A stretch of 64,000 bases of DNA from Squalus acanthias (taxonomy: Eukaryota), in assembly GCA_030390025.1 (NCBI GenBank), contig CM059438.1, positions 93,434,001 through 93,498,000 on the forward strand. The letters are read 5' to 3'. Below the pieces are notes generated by a model. The model was given only the letters and a program-made list of their open reading frames with translations. It ran no database searches and was not told the DNA's origin. The translations under genes were made by a program, and so were the position numbers. Of the stretch, positions 37,003 to 49,849 are shown one piece after another (position 1 is the stretch's first letter; every line of letters starts with the position of its first letter).

Positions 37003-37185
37003 TCGTCCAGGATCGACGACCAGAGATGCGCCCCTCCCAGCCCGGCGCCGAGAGGACCCACCGTCCCCGACGAGGACTTCTTCAGCCTGATCCAGCGCGT
37101 GCAGGCCAAGCGGATGGACGAGCAGCGAGTCGACCTTCCGTCGAACCGTGAAGGGCTGGAACAGAGCAGGCCGGGCTCCAGCTGA
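37003..37185 (+). CDS. GPSM1: GPSM1 last coding exon (end of GoLoco 3, GoLoco 4, stop)
   Basis: ttctctcccgcag|TCG; translates SSRIDDQRCAPPSPAPRGPTVPDEDFFSLIQRVQAKRMDEQRVDLPSNREGLEQSRPGSS*. The motifs and flanks fit GPSM1 better than GPSM2 (from recall). Confidence 0.96.
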   Translation, partial: SSRIDDQRCAPPSPAPRGPTVPDEDFFSLIQRVQAKRMDEQRVDLPSNREGLEQSRPGSS

Positions 37186-39900
37186 GCACTGCTTGGCCGA
37201 CAGACTTGTAAACAAGCTGGACTAACTGTGTGTGGATCAGTGCCCCTGCTAACACTGTGAGCAGCAGCCCAGGCCAAAAGCTGTCCAAACTACCCCAGCG
37301 AGATCAGCACACGAATCTAGATGACCGCGCAGCTTAAGAGAGTTGCCAAACAGGTGATTTTGGGTTTTTTTAAACTTAAAACCCCCTCACAATCAACAAG
37401 CCAAAATAGGAGCATTTATGTTTTTTTTTAAATGGTACGAGAGTTGTCTATCTATGGGAGATGGAAAGATACAAGCACAGCCTTAGATTATTGTGTAATG
37501 GCATTGAATGAATGTAAAAACCGTTGGTACTACAGAAAATGTGGGTCTATAGTCTCACACACATACCCATGTACACATACACAGGTCAAACATACATGTA
37601 CAGACAAACGTGTTCCAGGTAACATTATACACACACACACATTTGATAGACAGACACGCACAAACACTAGAGACAGTTCAAGATGAATTAATTCCCTTTG
37701 CTTTGACCATTCACAGTGCAATGTTAGGAGAATATATTGTTTACTCTCTTGTTCAATGGGTCTGGTTGCCATTAATTTCTCTGTGCTGAAGTATCAGAGA
37801 CTGAGAGATTTAATGTATAAATAAAGTTAAATCGATCAAACATTGTGGCGATATTTGGGGAAGAGTGCAGCCCTTTTCAGCTCCTGGATTGTGTGTGATA
37901 TCTTACACCAGTGGCGGGGCGGGGGCACTATCTCTTACTCGTAACAAAAGGCCAAAATGCAGATATGTACATAGAGTTATACAGGTTGATGTATGGAGCC
38001 ATATCTCACGTGGATCAATCCCAAAAGATGTGGATACTGATAGCACCGCAGACTTTGTACTGGAGTAATCGATGTCTGGCCGGTTCCGTCCAGAAACTCG
38101 AGGTGACCCGTTCATTAATGGTACAGCAGAGCCCGAGGATTACATCGGAGAATTTTTTTTTTTTTAATTAAAAAGGGACATTAAGGTTAACTGAAGGTTT
38201 CTACATGCAATGAAAGGGGGGAATAAATAATATAATACTAATGGAAATGAACATCTGTAACCTTGAAACTACGCAGTGGGATGCTGGCGTGCAACTGCGT
38301 AGAGTTTATACGGAATTCCTTCTGTAACGGAGGCGTTTAAAATAAACAGGCTACTGTCACAGTTAAAATAGTGGAATAAGAAGCTTTATACAAGCATATC
38401 GACGCTCCAACCCAATGCACAGCAATGTGTGCGTCTTTAAATGTTAAACATCGCTAAACATACTTGAAAGGTAATGGTTTGCATTCGATATTTAATAATG
38501 TATTACTTTTATCTTTATACAGAAGCAATTTTTTTTTGGTTTTAGAATGTGAATGTAATCAAGAACCATAAGGGAAGTATTCTAATGCAATTCTCAAATT
38601 CTTGCGTGCACAGCGACTCCCTGGAGTTTTCCAACACCAGACCCCCAAGTGAGAGAGAAATTTAAGTGATAAATCTGTGGCCTGTACAGTTACACATGCT
38701 GTCGTTTTCGGAGTCAGTTTTCTAACTCCTTTCTCCCAAACTTACCGTCTCTCCTTGCTCTAAAGATAGTGTCTTCCTGCATAAGCCTGCACCAGTTCCT
38801 AATCTCTTACAAGCAGTTCAAATGCAGAGATCCCTCAATTTAATGTATAATTCTTTAAGGCTTCAGTGAAGTAATAAAGTTTCCATGTTACATTTCTAAT
38901 ACAGTTGCTTTGTATATTTTTTTAAAAATCACATTTTCTCAAATAAACTTAACAAAATGACTAAGCTGTGTCTTGGATTGAGGCCCCGTCTGCCCTCTCA
39001 GGTGGACGTAAAAGATCCCATGACACGATTTCGAAGAAAAGCAAAGGAGCTCTCCCCGGTGTCCTGGCCAAACTTTATCCCTCAACCAACATCACTAAAA
39101 ACAGATGATCATCTTGCTGTCTGTGGGAGCTTGCTGTGCGCAAATTGGTTGCTGCGTTTCCGACATCACAACAGTGACTCCACTTCAAAAGTACTCTATT
39201 GGTTGTGAAGTGCTTTGGGACATCCTGAGGTCATGAAAGGTGCTGTATAAATACAAGTCCTTTCTTTTAAGTCTTTCTAACAGCTTCAGTTATTTCTGCA
39301 GAGTGTATGCCTGTATTTTGGAGGAATACTTACCGCTGCTGTGTGCGTGCAGTCCGGTGACACAACCTGAACCTGCAACAGACATTGTCTTTAAAACACG
39401 AAAAGACAGAGTGACATAAATGACTCCTTTGGTAGAAAATTTCCTTTACAGATTTTCGTAACATGTTAGCATTTTCTATCCACATAACTGTAAAAAAAAA
39501 ACCAGGATGACGCCCAGTACACCAGGGTGCTGGAGAGCGGATCGACAAGAGAAGTACAAGCTACAGGCTAATTCTTTGCTCTGGCTTGAAAGAAATAAAC
39601 CCCGGGGACTTATTTAATTTTTATTTTGGTGCAAATAAAAATGCTCTTGTAGTTCTTGGGGCGATTTAACTGCTGTTCCGTGTTGTATCTGCTGCTGTCC
39701 CTTGAACCCCTTTCTAGTACAATTTTTCCAAACACTGCCAGTACATAATGCTTTTTTTTTTTATTTTAAAGAGATTTGAAAATCCATACTGTTCTGTAAA
39801 TAAGACGGGCTCATTTTACCTAAAAGATGTAAATCGAATGAAACTGCAATGTATTAAATTTTACACAAGCTTGTAATAAAAATACAAATTGTGCACCAGC
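37186..39900 (+). other. GPSM1: Probable GPSM1 3'UTR
   Basis: AT-rich, mostly repeat-poor sequence after the stop. AATAAA occurs at 37820, 38873 and 39875 among others, the last followed by GT-rich tgttttgttg. The true 3' end is unknown. Confidence 0.55.
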
Positions 39901-40579
39901 TGTTTTGTTGGGTCTACATTGGGCTTCCTACATTCCAACAGTGACTACACGTCAAAAAAATAAAGTACCTCTGTAAAGCGCTTTGAGACGTCCGCTGGTC
40001 GTGAAAGAGATTATAGAAATGCAAGTCTTTTCTATATTATTGATGCCTGTATCCAGTAAATGTTTTCCAATATTCATCAGTGATTTCTGTGCTCATTTTC
40101 GCCTTCTCCTCCCTTTTTCTAGTTCCCTATGCACCACACCCCATACCTCAGCCTGGGCCACACCTTGAGGTTGTATATATATCCAGAGACCAGGCTGACA
40201 CTCTAGTGCAGTGCTGAGGGAGTGCTGCACTGTCTGAGATGCCATCTTTTGGATGAAACGTTAAACCGAGGCCCCGTCTGGCCTCTCAGGAGGACGTAAA
40301 AGATCCCATGGGCACTATTCGAAGAAGAGCAGGGTAGTTCTCCCCGGTGTCCTGGCCAATATTTATCCCTCAATCAACATCATTAAAACAGATTATCTGG
40401 TCACTATCACATTGCTGTATGTGGGAGCTTGCTGTGCGCAAATTGGCTGCTGCATTTCCTACATTAGTGACTACACTTCAAAAAGTACTTCATTGGCTGT
40501 AAAGCGCTTTAGGACAGCCTGAGGTTATGAAAGGCACTGTATATCTTTATGTCACAAACTGAATCCAAACTCCATTTAA

Positions 40580-40762
40580 AGAGAAACAGAATTAACGTTT
40601 CAGGTCGATGACCTTTCATCAGAACTGGTGTCTGACGAAAGGACATCGAGCTGAAATGTTGGCTCTGTTTCTCTCTCCACAGATGCTGCTTGACCTGCTG
40701 AATATTTCCAGCATTTTCTGTTTGTATTTCAGATTTCCAGCATCTGCAGTATTTTGCTTTTG
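40580..40762. mobile_element. Second Penelope-like family, degenerate inverted termini with hammerhead-like motifs
   Basis: Minus strand CTGATGA-a-aggtc(atc)gacct-GAAA-cgtt at about 40592-40626; plus strand CTGACGA..GAAA at about 40631-40662; followed by a tail shared with copies at 28.8 and 42.4 kb. Confidence 0.6.
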
Positions 40763-41164
40763 TGCTAGGTGAAAGGGGACCCTGTTATGGAAAGTGGTTC
40801 TTTATAGCCCCACAACAGACAGCAATCAACTGATGGTTTGGGAGTCATCTCAACAAATAGCATCAACTTCTGCTTTAAAGACCAAAATATTATTGGAAAG
40901 GAGGAGGAGGAGACGGAACAAACTTTAAATTTTAAAAACTCTTCCAAGGATGCAAGGCCACTTAAATTATTAAACTGCGGTGAGCAGAGCATTTCCTATG
41001 GCCCAGTGGAAAATGCACAGCCCAGTATGCCCATACAGACCAGAAAGATCCCAGCTTTGATTCCCTGTCTGTGCTGAGGTACCTGATGTCACACAGGCTC
41101 CAGTCAATGGAGCTAATACTCCAGCTCCACTGGCGCAGGACTTGCTTATGGCACATGCCTGATC

Positions 41165-41532
41165 TATCAAATCCCTCCATGGCCTCGCCTCCCTCCATGG
41201 CCTCGCCCCCCCCTCCCTGTCACTGTAACCTCCCCCAGCCCTACAACCCGCCCAGATCTCTGCGCTCCTCCAATTCAAGGCTTCTTGCGCATCCCCCACT
41301 TCCTTCGCCCCACCGTCGGCGACCGTGCCTTCGGCTGCCGGGGCCCCTAAGCTCCGGAATTCCCTCCCTAAACCTCTCCGACTCTCTACCTTTAAGACTC
41401 TCTTAAAACCTACCTCTTCGCCCAAGCTTTTGATCACCTGTCCTAATATCTCCTCCTGTGGCTCGCTGTCAGTGTTTGTCTGATTACGCTCCCGTGCAGC
41501 GCCCTGGGACGTTTCACTACAAGTTGCTGTTG
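41165..41532 (+). mobile_element. L2 LINE 3' fragment
   Basis: KSLHGLAP..L..Y.P.RSLRSS..GRAF...P.LWN.LP-like remnants. Other copies at about 7645-7935(+), 49420-49640(-), 52510-52990(-), 59815-60140(+) and 60415-60850(-). Confidence 0.75.
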
Positions 41533-42104
41533 CATCACTTCAGTCTTCATCTGCCAATCACTCGCATCAAGTTGGTTACTTAGCAACATTCAATCACCTT
41601 CAACATGAGCACAAAATCGTTAGGAAATTTACAACTTAAAAGCTCAAGTTGTTGTGCAAAGGGAGTTTAGCAACAGGCCTGTCCTGATAATGTTGTTGCC
41701 TCCCTGATAACAGGCTGGTGAGGGATTCCAAGAAACAGTTCTCAAACATATACAGATTTTGCGATTGATTTACTTTTTATTTGATGCATTTACAGGGAAG
41801 CAAGATAAACGCAGGAGGGAGAAAGGAATAGAAGGATCTGCTGATAGGGTGAGATGAAGAGGGGTGGGAGGAGGCTCGAGTGGAGCATAAACATAGACCA
41901 GTTGGGTTAAATGGCCTGTTTCTGTGCTGTACATTCATTCTATGCAACACTGCCAGTGAGCAGAACCGCATAGGCAAGAGACTGTGCAATAAACAGCAGC
42001 ACCTCAAACCCCTCACAGGGACAGACCATGCCCAGTAAATGGGGAATTTCTTCCCTTAGAGAGACAGTAATAATTTATACATAGGGTTTTTTTTCTCACA
42101 TGGC

Positions 42105-42435
42105 AGCTGTCTCATTCTGCCATTGCCATTTACACTTCATCTAGGCCCATCTTTTGTTCCTTAACTTGTCCCATTCCCATCTCCTTTTGCCTCACACCAT
42201 CATCCCTTTTGTCTTTTAATCTCTCCTACCTTCCATCCTATCACAGACCTTCCCTTTTGTTCTTTCCTCCCCTCCCCCCTTTCCCTGCCCCTACACTTGC
42301 TTAAAAACCTGTTCCATCTCCAGCTTTTTCCAGTTCTGACGAAGGGTCATCGAGCTGAAACGTAACTCTGTTTCTCTCTCCACAGAGGCTGCCTGACCTG
42401 CTGAGTATTTCCAGCATTTTCTGTTTTTATTTCAC
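42105..42435 (+). mobile_element. Penelope-like 3' fragment (family 2)
   Basis: C/T-rich stretch, then gttCTGACGAagggtcatcgagctGAAAcgtaac (42333-42366) and the same tail as 40665-40730. Confidence 0.55.
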
Positions 42436-43817
42436 ATGTGGTTCATCTCCTCCTTCCCAAAATAAGAACTTTTATCAGGACACCGTCCCTCCCTGAAAGG
42501 GTGCTGGATGCAGATTCAATAGTAACTTTCAAAAGGTTATTGGATAAATACTTTTACAGGAAGAATTTTGGGGAGGGAGCAGGGGGGGGGGGGGGGGAGT
42601 GGGACTAATTGGATCGTTCTTTCAAAGAGCCGGCACGATGGGTCGAATGGGTGCCTGCTGTGCTGTAAGATTCTAATGTCCCTCAGGTCTGGCGTGACTC
42701 CAGTCCCACAGCCCGTGGTTGACTCAACGCCCCCGGAGCTGCTCGAGCAAGCCACTCAGTTGTTTAAAATACAAATTGCAACGAAGCAAAAATGTGGCCT
42801 TGTCGTCATTGCCCTGAGAAAAACTTGACCCCCAGCTCAACGTCACAAATTTGAACTACGCAAGCAAGCCACTTACTTCTACTGCACACTGAAACAAGTT
42901 CTGTACCATCTACAAGATGCACTGCAGCAACTCGCCAAGGCTTCTTCAGCAGCACCTCCCAAACCCGCGACCTCTTCCACCTAGAAGGACAAGGGCAGCA
43001 GGCGCATGGGAACACCACCACCTCCAAGTTCCCCTCCAAGTCACACACCATCCTGATTTGGAAATATATCGGCCGTTCCTTCATCGTCGCTGGGTCAAAA
43101 TCCTGGAACTCCCTCCCTAACAGCACTGTGGGAGCACCTTCACCACACGGACTGCAGCGGTTCAAAAAGGTGGCAACTAAGGATGGGCAATAAATGCCGG
43201 CCTTGCCAGCGACGCCCACATCCCATAAAAACTAATTTAAAATTTTTTTGAAAACACCCTTGGGGCACAAAACACAGGCTGGAGTACAAATACTACAAAA
43301 GGGGCATTTGGTCAGTCAGTATGTTTTATATGTAATAGGATATTTTAACTCCCAAGTACTTAAATAATGCCAAGCAATTTCTGCAACACTAACGCATTGA
43401 TTGTAATATCACCTTTTTGGTCATTTTTATCTTGAATCTTACAAGAAAATACAAATACAGAAACTCAGATTATCTGCATCATTTTCACTCTGATAACCTC
43501 TCATTCCTGCAAATGCTGTGCTAGAAAAATGTACAACAACCTCATCAAAAGGTAACCCACTATTATAAAGAGGATTTATCGGATTCCTTTCCTTATTCAA
43601 AATTAGGCTCCAAGCAGAGAGCGTCTGGCTGTAGGAGAACAAATCCGTGAAATGGGGGGAGGGCAGTCGCGGGAGCTGGTGGGGCAGTCCCACGAGGGGG
43701 GGGGGTCACAACGATCCTCATGCCAACTCCAGCCGGCTGCAAAAGCTGCGTCTTTCGGAGCGGTTGCTGTTCGCGGGGATTGTGCGGTTGGTGGGGCAGC
43801 CCCTGGACCAGGTGTCA

Positions 43818-43963
43818 TCACTCACTGAGTTCCCAATGCAGAGACACCATGCAATTGGGGAGGGTAGGGGGAGCAGATGGACTGGGCCCTCTCGCACACC
43901 AGCTGGCAGGTGGCAAACAGCCGTATTGGCAGTGCCCACCTGTTCTTCTCACCTGCTGGAGAT
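43818..43963 (-). CDS. Candidate last exon (option B) of the Gln-rich gene
   Basis: Long C/T tract ending ccgccaag|AT; phase 1 gives DLQQVRRTGGHCQYGCLPPASWCARGPSPSAPPTLPNCMVSLHWELSE*. Unique GC-rich sequence, but acceptor and frame are ambiguous. Confidence 0.35.
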
Positions 43964-44832
43964 CTTGGCGGGGGGGGGGGGGTGAAGGAAAGGGGGGGGA
44001 AACACACACAAAAAAAAGACCCCTTTTCTTAGTCCCCTCATCAGAATAATAAAGCATTAGCGCGGCAGTCAAACACAGCAAAATACTGCACACTATGTAA
44101 GAAGGAATCTGAAGACTGTACGCACCGTCAGAGCAGAGTGTGGCCACACTTACTAGAAGAGCTGACGACGTTCAGCAAGGACAGAATAAGGTGCCTGATT
44201 TCACCACCACAATATCATTTGCAAAGCAATCACTGATAGGCACTGAGATTATTCGACAGAACCGGCTTTGTTCTTCCACGCCCCCCCGCACTCAATCGCA
44301 AAAAAAGGTATAGGATTCTTTCAAAAAAATAAAAGTATCTGTGTATAAAAATACAGCAATCGCCTCCCAAACATGATCGTGTTGCAGTCGAGCACTGTGG
44401 TCGTGATTGTTCTATTTATGAGATGTGTCTTTGGGCTGTGCTGGGATCAGTCCACGTCTCCTGCTCCGGTAATGCTCCTCTCTCTCAAGTGTTAGACTGC
44501 AGAGCATCGAAGAATCCCAGAGACGGGGCAATCTGGAGGAAACAAGTGGCACACACACAGAATAATGAACAAACAGCTATCTGGGCTCACGCTTACAGAC
44601 AGCGGCCGCCTTCCTTCAGTAGAGAGCTCCTTGTTCAGATTGTGGGCACAGGGATTGGAAAACTGCCCTTAGATTGTGGCAAAAACTGAGGAGGTTTTTC
44701 CCCCTGATTCCCAACAGAGAAACTGTGGGCTAAAGCAGACATCAACTGGTACTTTCTGCTGCCAAAGCCCGAGGTTAAATTGTTTCATTGAATGTTAAAC
44801 TGTTAAAATTTACTTATTAATTCCCCTTCCTT

Positions 44833-45552
44833 CAGAATTTTAAAGCGGGTGCAAGAACAGAGAGACCTGGGGGTGTATGTACACAAATCTTTGAAGGTGG
44901 CAGGACAAGTTGAGAAGGCTGTTAAAAAAGCATACGGGATCCTTGGCTTTATTAATAGAGGCATAGAGTACAAGAGCAAGGAGGTTATGCTGAACCTTTC
45001 TAAAACACTGGTTAGGCCTCAGCTGGAGTATTGCGTCCAATTCTGGGCACCACACTTTAGGAAGGATGTCAAGGCCTTGGAGAAGGTGCAGAGGAGATTT
45101 ACCAGAACGGGACCAGGGATGAGGGACTTCAGTTATGTGGCGAGACTGAAGAAGCTGGGGTTGTTCTCCTTAGAGTGGAGGTTAAGGGGAGATTTAATAG
45201 AGGTGTTCAAAATTACAAAGGGTTTTGATAGAGTAAATAAGGAGAAACTGTTTCCACTGGCAGGAGGGTCGGTAATCAGAGGACACAGATTGACAAAAGA
45301 ACCAGAGGCGACATGAGGAAACTTTTTTTTTAATGCAGCGAGTTGTTATGATCTGGAATGCGCTGCCTGAAAGGGTGATGGAAGCAGATTCAATAGTAAC
45401 ATTCAAATGGGAATTGGATAAATACTAGAAGGGGAAAAATTTACAGGGCTATGGGGAACGTGCAGGGGAGTGGGCCTAATTAGACAGCTCGTTCAAAGAG
45501 CCACCACAGGCACGATGGGCCGAATGGCCTCCTTCTGTGCTGTACTATGAGT
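44833..45552 (+). mobile_element. CR1 LINE 3' fragment
   Basis: ORF 44849-45316; same subfamily as 34520-35845. Confidence 0.9.
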
Positions 45553-45855
45553 TAATATTAAAGCATTACATGCGAGGTACTGAAGCTCCGTCTTTTATAG
45601 TATCTGTACCTTGGCCACACCACAGTGCTGCGAGTTTGTGAATACTTTGGCTCGAGCTCACACTGTCTCTTTGTACCCGGTTCTTCAATGGGCCACTGTG
45701 TACAAAGCTAATGTACAGATTAAAGCACCTGCCTATACTCAGATAGAGGCTATTGAAGTAGTGACCAGTCCCCCTCCCCCTGCACCACTCCTCATTCCTC
45801 TTCCCCTGACTCTGACTGGGATTTGATTCCAAAGGCATCAACCGCCTACCAGTAC

Positions 45856-45925
45856 CTTGCTCACTCTTCCGAGCAGGCTGCTCAACGGTTTGGGGCCTCA
45901 CATCTGAGCTCTCTCCTGTCCTCCC
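45856..45925 (-). CDS. Candidate exon (option B) of the Gln-rich gene
   Basis: (TG)n..aattgtcag|GGG ... CAAG|gtactg, or G|gtaggc with the exon ending at 45850; phase 0-1. Translates GRTGESSDVRPQTVEQPARKSEQ. Confidence 0.35.
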
Positions 45926-46001
45926 CTGACAATTATACACACACACATACACAAACATAGACACACACACACACACACACATAGACAGACATACACACAC
46001 A

Positions 46002-46444
46002 NNNNNNNNNNNNNNNNNNNNNNNNNNNNNNNNNNNNNNNNNNNNNNNNNNNNNNNNNNNNNNNNNNNNNNNNNNNNNNNNNNNNNNNNNNNNNNNNNNN
46101 NNNNNNNNNNNNNNNNNNNNNNNNNNNNNNNNNNNNNNNNNNNNNNNNNNNNNNNNNNNNNNNNNNNNNNNNNNNNNNNNNNNNNNNNNNNNNNNNNNNN
46201 NNNNNNNNNNNNNNNNNNNNNNNNNNNNNNNNNNNNNNNNNNNNNNNNNNNNNNNNNNNNNNNNNNNNNNNNNNNNNNNNNNNNNNNNNNNNNNNNNNNN
46301 NNNNNNNNNNNNNNNNNNNNNNNNNNNNNNNNNNNNNNNNNNNNNNNNNNNNNNNNNNNNNNNNNNNNNNNNNNNNNNNNNNNNNNNNNNNNNNNNNNNN
46401 NNNNNNNNNNNNNNNNNNNNNNNNNNNNNNNNNNNNNNNNNNNN
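46002..46444. other. Assembly gap (443 N)
   Basis: N run after a (CA)n tract. Confidence 1.
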
Positions 46445-46471
46445 GGTCTCTGGATCTATGGCTGATGTTTT

Positions 46472-46588
46472 CTAGTCCAGAGGAGTGGAGACCAAAGGCA
46501 GTGCCCCTGCTGCCAGCCCAAGTGAGATGAACTCTCTGAGCTCAGATGAAGAGTGCACGGAGCACAGGGATCGATCTGCAGATGGTGC
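46472..46588 (-). CDS. Candidate terminal coding exon (option A) of the Gln-rich gene
   Basis: Strong acceptor catttctcccctgttctacatcag|GCA; phase 0 gives APSADRSLCSVHSSSELREFISLGLAAGALPLVSTPLD*. Lies next to an assembly gap. Confidence 0.35.
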   Translation of the reverse strand, partial: APSADRSLCSVHSSSELREFISLGLAAGALPLVSTPLD

Positions 46589-47149
46589 CTGATGTAGAAC
46601 AGGGGAGAAATGTGTCTTTAAAAACTGCACCTCCCCCTTAGAAACTTACAGACCCTGCACTCTCTGACCGTAAAACATTCTACCACTTTCATCCGCATTT
46701 TGGCTGCAAGTGTCAGACACAACTTCCTCGTTTACAAAATCAACCTGTTCTTCCCCTTACTGGACAGAGGAGCACTGACACACAGTCGTTAGTGGTCTGG
46801 AGCCGACACCTCAGGAGGAAATCTGACCATTGAACCCTGAGAGTTTTAAAATGAACCAGAGAGAGAGAGAGGCACAGCCCAGACTGAATATCGATTCTGT
46901 ACCGTGTAACAGCACCTCATGCACAGGACTTCATCTTTTCTGTTTTGGCATCAGTTCGTACAAATAAATATCTGAAAATAACATTTCGGAGTTGACAGGG
47001 AGGCCATTTGAATGATCCCGTGACGAGGTCCAGGAGTTGTCCCGGTCTCTTGGCCAACGTTCCTCCCTCAACCAACATCACCAAGACAAAAACAAAAGCA
47101 ATTCGCTGGCGGTTCATCTCATTTCTGCTTGTGGTGCATTGTCGGTGCA

Positions 47150-48315
47150 AAATAAATGGGGAGCGATTACAAAATGCTACAGTTCAGAGGGACCTGGGGG
47201 TCCTTGTGCATGAAACACAAAAAATTAGCATGCAGGTACAGCAAGTAATCAAAAAGGCAAATGGAATGTTGGCCTTTATTTCAAAGGGGTTGGAGTATAA
47301 AAGCAGGGAAGTCCTGCTACAACTGTACAGGGTGTTGGTGAGACCACACCTTGAGTACTGCGTACAGTTTTGGTCTCCTTATTTAAGGAAGGATATAGTT
47401 GCATTGGAGGCAGTTCAGAGACGATTCACACGGTTAATTCCAGAGATGAGGTGGTTGACTTATGAAGAAAGGTTGAGCAGGTTGGGCTCATTGGAATTTA
47501 GAAGAATGAGAGGTGATCTTATTGAAACATATAAGATACTGAGGGGGCACGACAAGGTAGATGCAGAGAGGATGTTTCCCCTCGTGGGGAAATCTAGAAC
47601 TCGGGGGCATAGTTTCAGAATAAAGGGTCACCCTTTTAGAACTGAGATGAGGAGGAATTTCTTCTCTGAGGGTCGTAAATCTGTGGAATTCTCTGCCCCA
47701 GAGAGCTGTGGAGGCTGGGTCATTAAATACATTTAAGGTGGAGATAGACAAATTTTTGCAAGATAAGGGAGTGAAGGGTTATGGGGAGTGGGCTGGGAAG
47801 TGGCTTTGAGCCCAAGATCATCTATGATCTTATTGAATGGCGGAGCAGGCTCGAGGGGCCAAGTGGCCTGTTCCTGCTCCTATTTCTTATGTTCTCTAAA
47901 TGGCCGCCATAGGGATTGTTCACCTCACAGCAAAGTTGGTTAAGGGGAGATTTGATAGAGGTTTTCTAAATTACAAAGGGTTTTGATAACGGTAGACAGG
48001 GAGAAACTGCTCCCACTGGCAGCCAGAGGATACAGATTTATGATAGTCGTCAAAAAACCCAGGGGGTGGCGGTGGAAAAAAAAATTTACGCAGCGAGTTG
48101 TTATGATCTGGAATGCGCTGCCTGAAAGGGTGGTGGAAGTAGATTCGACAGTCAACTTTCAAAAGGGAATTGGATATATACTTACAAAGGAACATTTTGC
48201 ATTTGGCGATGGGGAAAGAGCAGGGGAGTGGGACTAATTGGATGGTTCTTTCAGAGAGCCAGCACAGGCACGATGGGCCGAAAGGCCTCCCTCTGTGCTG
48301 TAAGATTCTATGATT
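47150..48315 (+). mobile_element. Two tandem CR1 3' fragments
   Basis: 3' part of ORF 47008-47736 and ORF 47983-48237, each followed by a CR1 tail. Confidence 0.88.
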
Positions 48316-48986
48316 CGATATTCAGCCACGTGACAAGAGTTGCCTCACTTCAAAGTTGTGCCGGGGGCATTGAGGCGTTTCGATGTGATACGCCGCTATA
48401 TAAAGTCTTGTTATTATGGAGCGGCCTTGTGTGCCTGACCTCTGCCCTGCTCTTGCTTTGTTAGGCTGGTCAATCTTGGAGTCGAGAACTGGACCTCAAC
48501 CGCACATTGACAAAATTCACTAAGCGGCCATTTCTTCCCCACAGGGAGCACATCGAAATCTCCTGCTGGATCAAATTCCCACCCAGTAAGATGGCGGCCA
48601 GGACGGTGAAGGATTCGATTCCCGGTTTGTGCAGGGTTGGTTAATCTCAGCGGTGGGGGTGGGGGGGGGGGGGGGGGGGTGGTTGTGCTACAATGGCCCC
48701 CTGGTCCAGGAACGCCACTCCTGATTACTATCTCGTTCAATCCCGTGTGATTAACGATCTGTTTTTTGCAAGTGTTGATTGAGGGATAAATATTGGGGAG
48801 AACTCCCATGTAGTATCTTCCTCGAAATAGTGGCCGTGGGATCTTTTACGTCCACCTGAGAGGGCAAGACGGGCCGTGGTTTAACGTCTCATCCAAAAGA
48901 CGGCAACGCCCACAACCTTCTGACTCAGAGGTGGGCGTGCTACCCACTGAGCCCAGGCTGGGGAGCATTAAACATTTATATGATTC

Positions 48987-49360
48987 ACATAAAATTCTAA
49001 CAGGACTAGACAGACTAGATGCAGGAAGGATGTTCCCGATGGCCGGGGAGTCCAGAACCAGGGGTCACAGTCTAAGGATAAGGGGTAAGCCATTTAGGAC
49101 TGAGATGAGGAGGAATTTCTTCACCCAGAGAGTGGTGAACCTGTGGAATTCTCTACCACAGAAGGCAGTAGAGGCCAATTCATTAAATATATTCAAGAAG
49201 GAGTTAGATATATTTCTTAAAGCTAAAGGGATCAAGGGATATGGAGAGAAGGCAGGGACAGGGTACTGAATTTGGATGATCAGCCATGATCTCATTGAAT
49301 GGCGGAGCAGGCTCGAGGGGCTGAATGGCCTACTCCTGCTCCTATCTTCTATGTTTCTAT
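48987..49360 (+). mobile_element. CR1 LINE 3' fragment
   Basis: ORF 48931-49269 C-terminal motif and tail. Confidence 0.88.
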
Positions 49361-49760
49361 GATAATGGGACACAATGGCTATGGCAACACATACTGCCGG
49401 GCTTATATCTTAAGCAACAACTTGCATTTATATAGTGGCTTTAACGTAGTAAAACATCCCAAGGGGCTTCACAGGAGTGCTGTCAGACAAAAACTGATAC
49501 CGAGCCGTAGAGAAGGAGACATTAGGACCGGTGACCAAAAGCTTGGCCGAAGAGGTAGATTTTAAGCAGCGTCTTAAAGTAGGAGAGAGGTGTGGAGAGG
49601 TTTATGGAGGGAATTCCAGAGCTTAGGGTCCAGGCAGCTGACAGACAGAGTTCCAAATTCAACTCAGGGTGAGTAACAAACACTTTGAAGTGCAATGATT
49701 GTAAGGATTTTGCACCTTGAAGTAGTTACTCTGGGTTCCCCTCTCCAAACAGCATCTTAC

Positions 49761-49849
49761 CTGTTGCTCCTTCGGTTGGTTTTCCGCTCCTGTCGCCTGG
49801 GGTGATGTCAATCCGGGCAAACTCGCACACTGTACATGGCGCAGAGTCC
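49761..49849 (-). CDS. Exon of the unidentified Gln-rich gene
   Basis: T-run then actgttag|GG ... CAG|gtaaga; 89 nt, phase 1-0, matching the previous exon. Translates GTLRHVQCASLPGLTSPQATGAENQPKEQQ. Confidence 0.72.

Noticed and set aside
47008-47736. 242-aa ORF as a host gene
   Set aside because: Truncated CR1 ORF2 C-terminus fused by chance to a SINE remnant.
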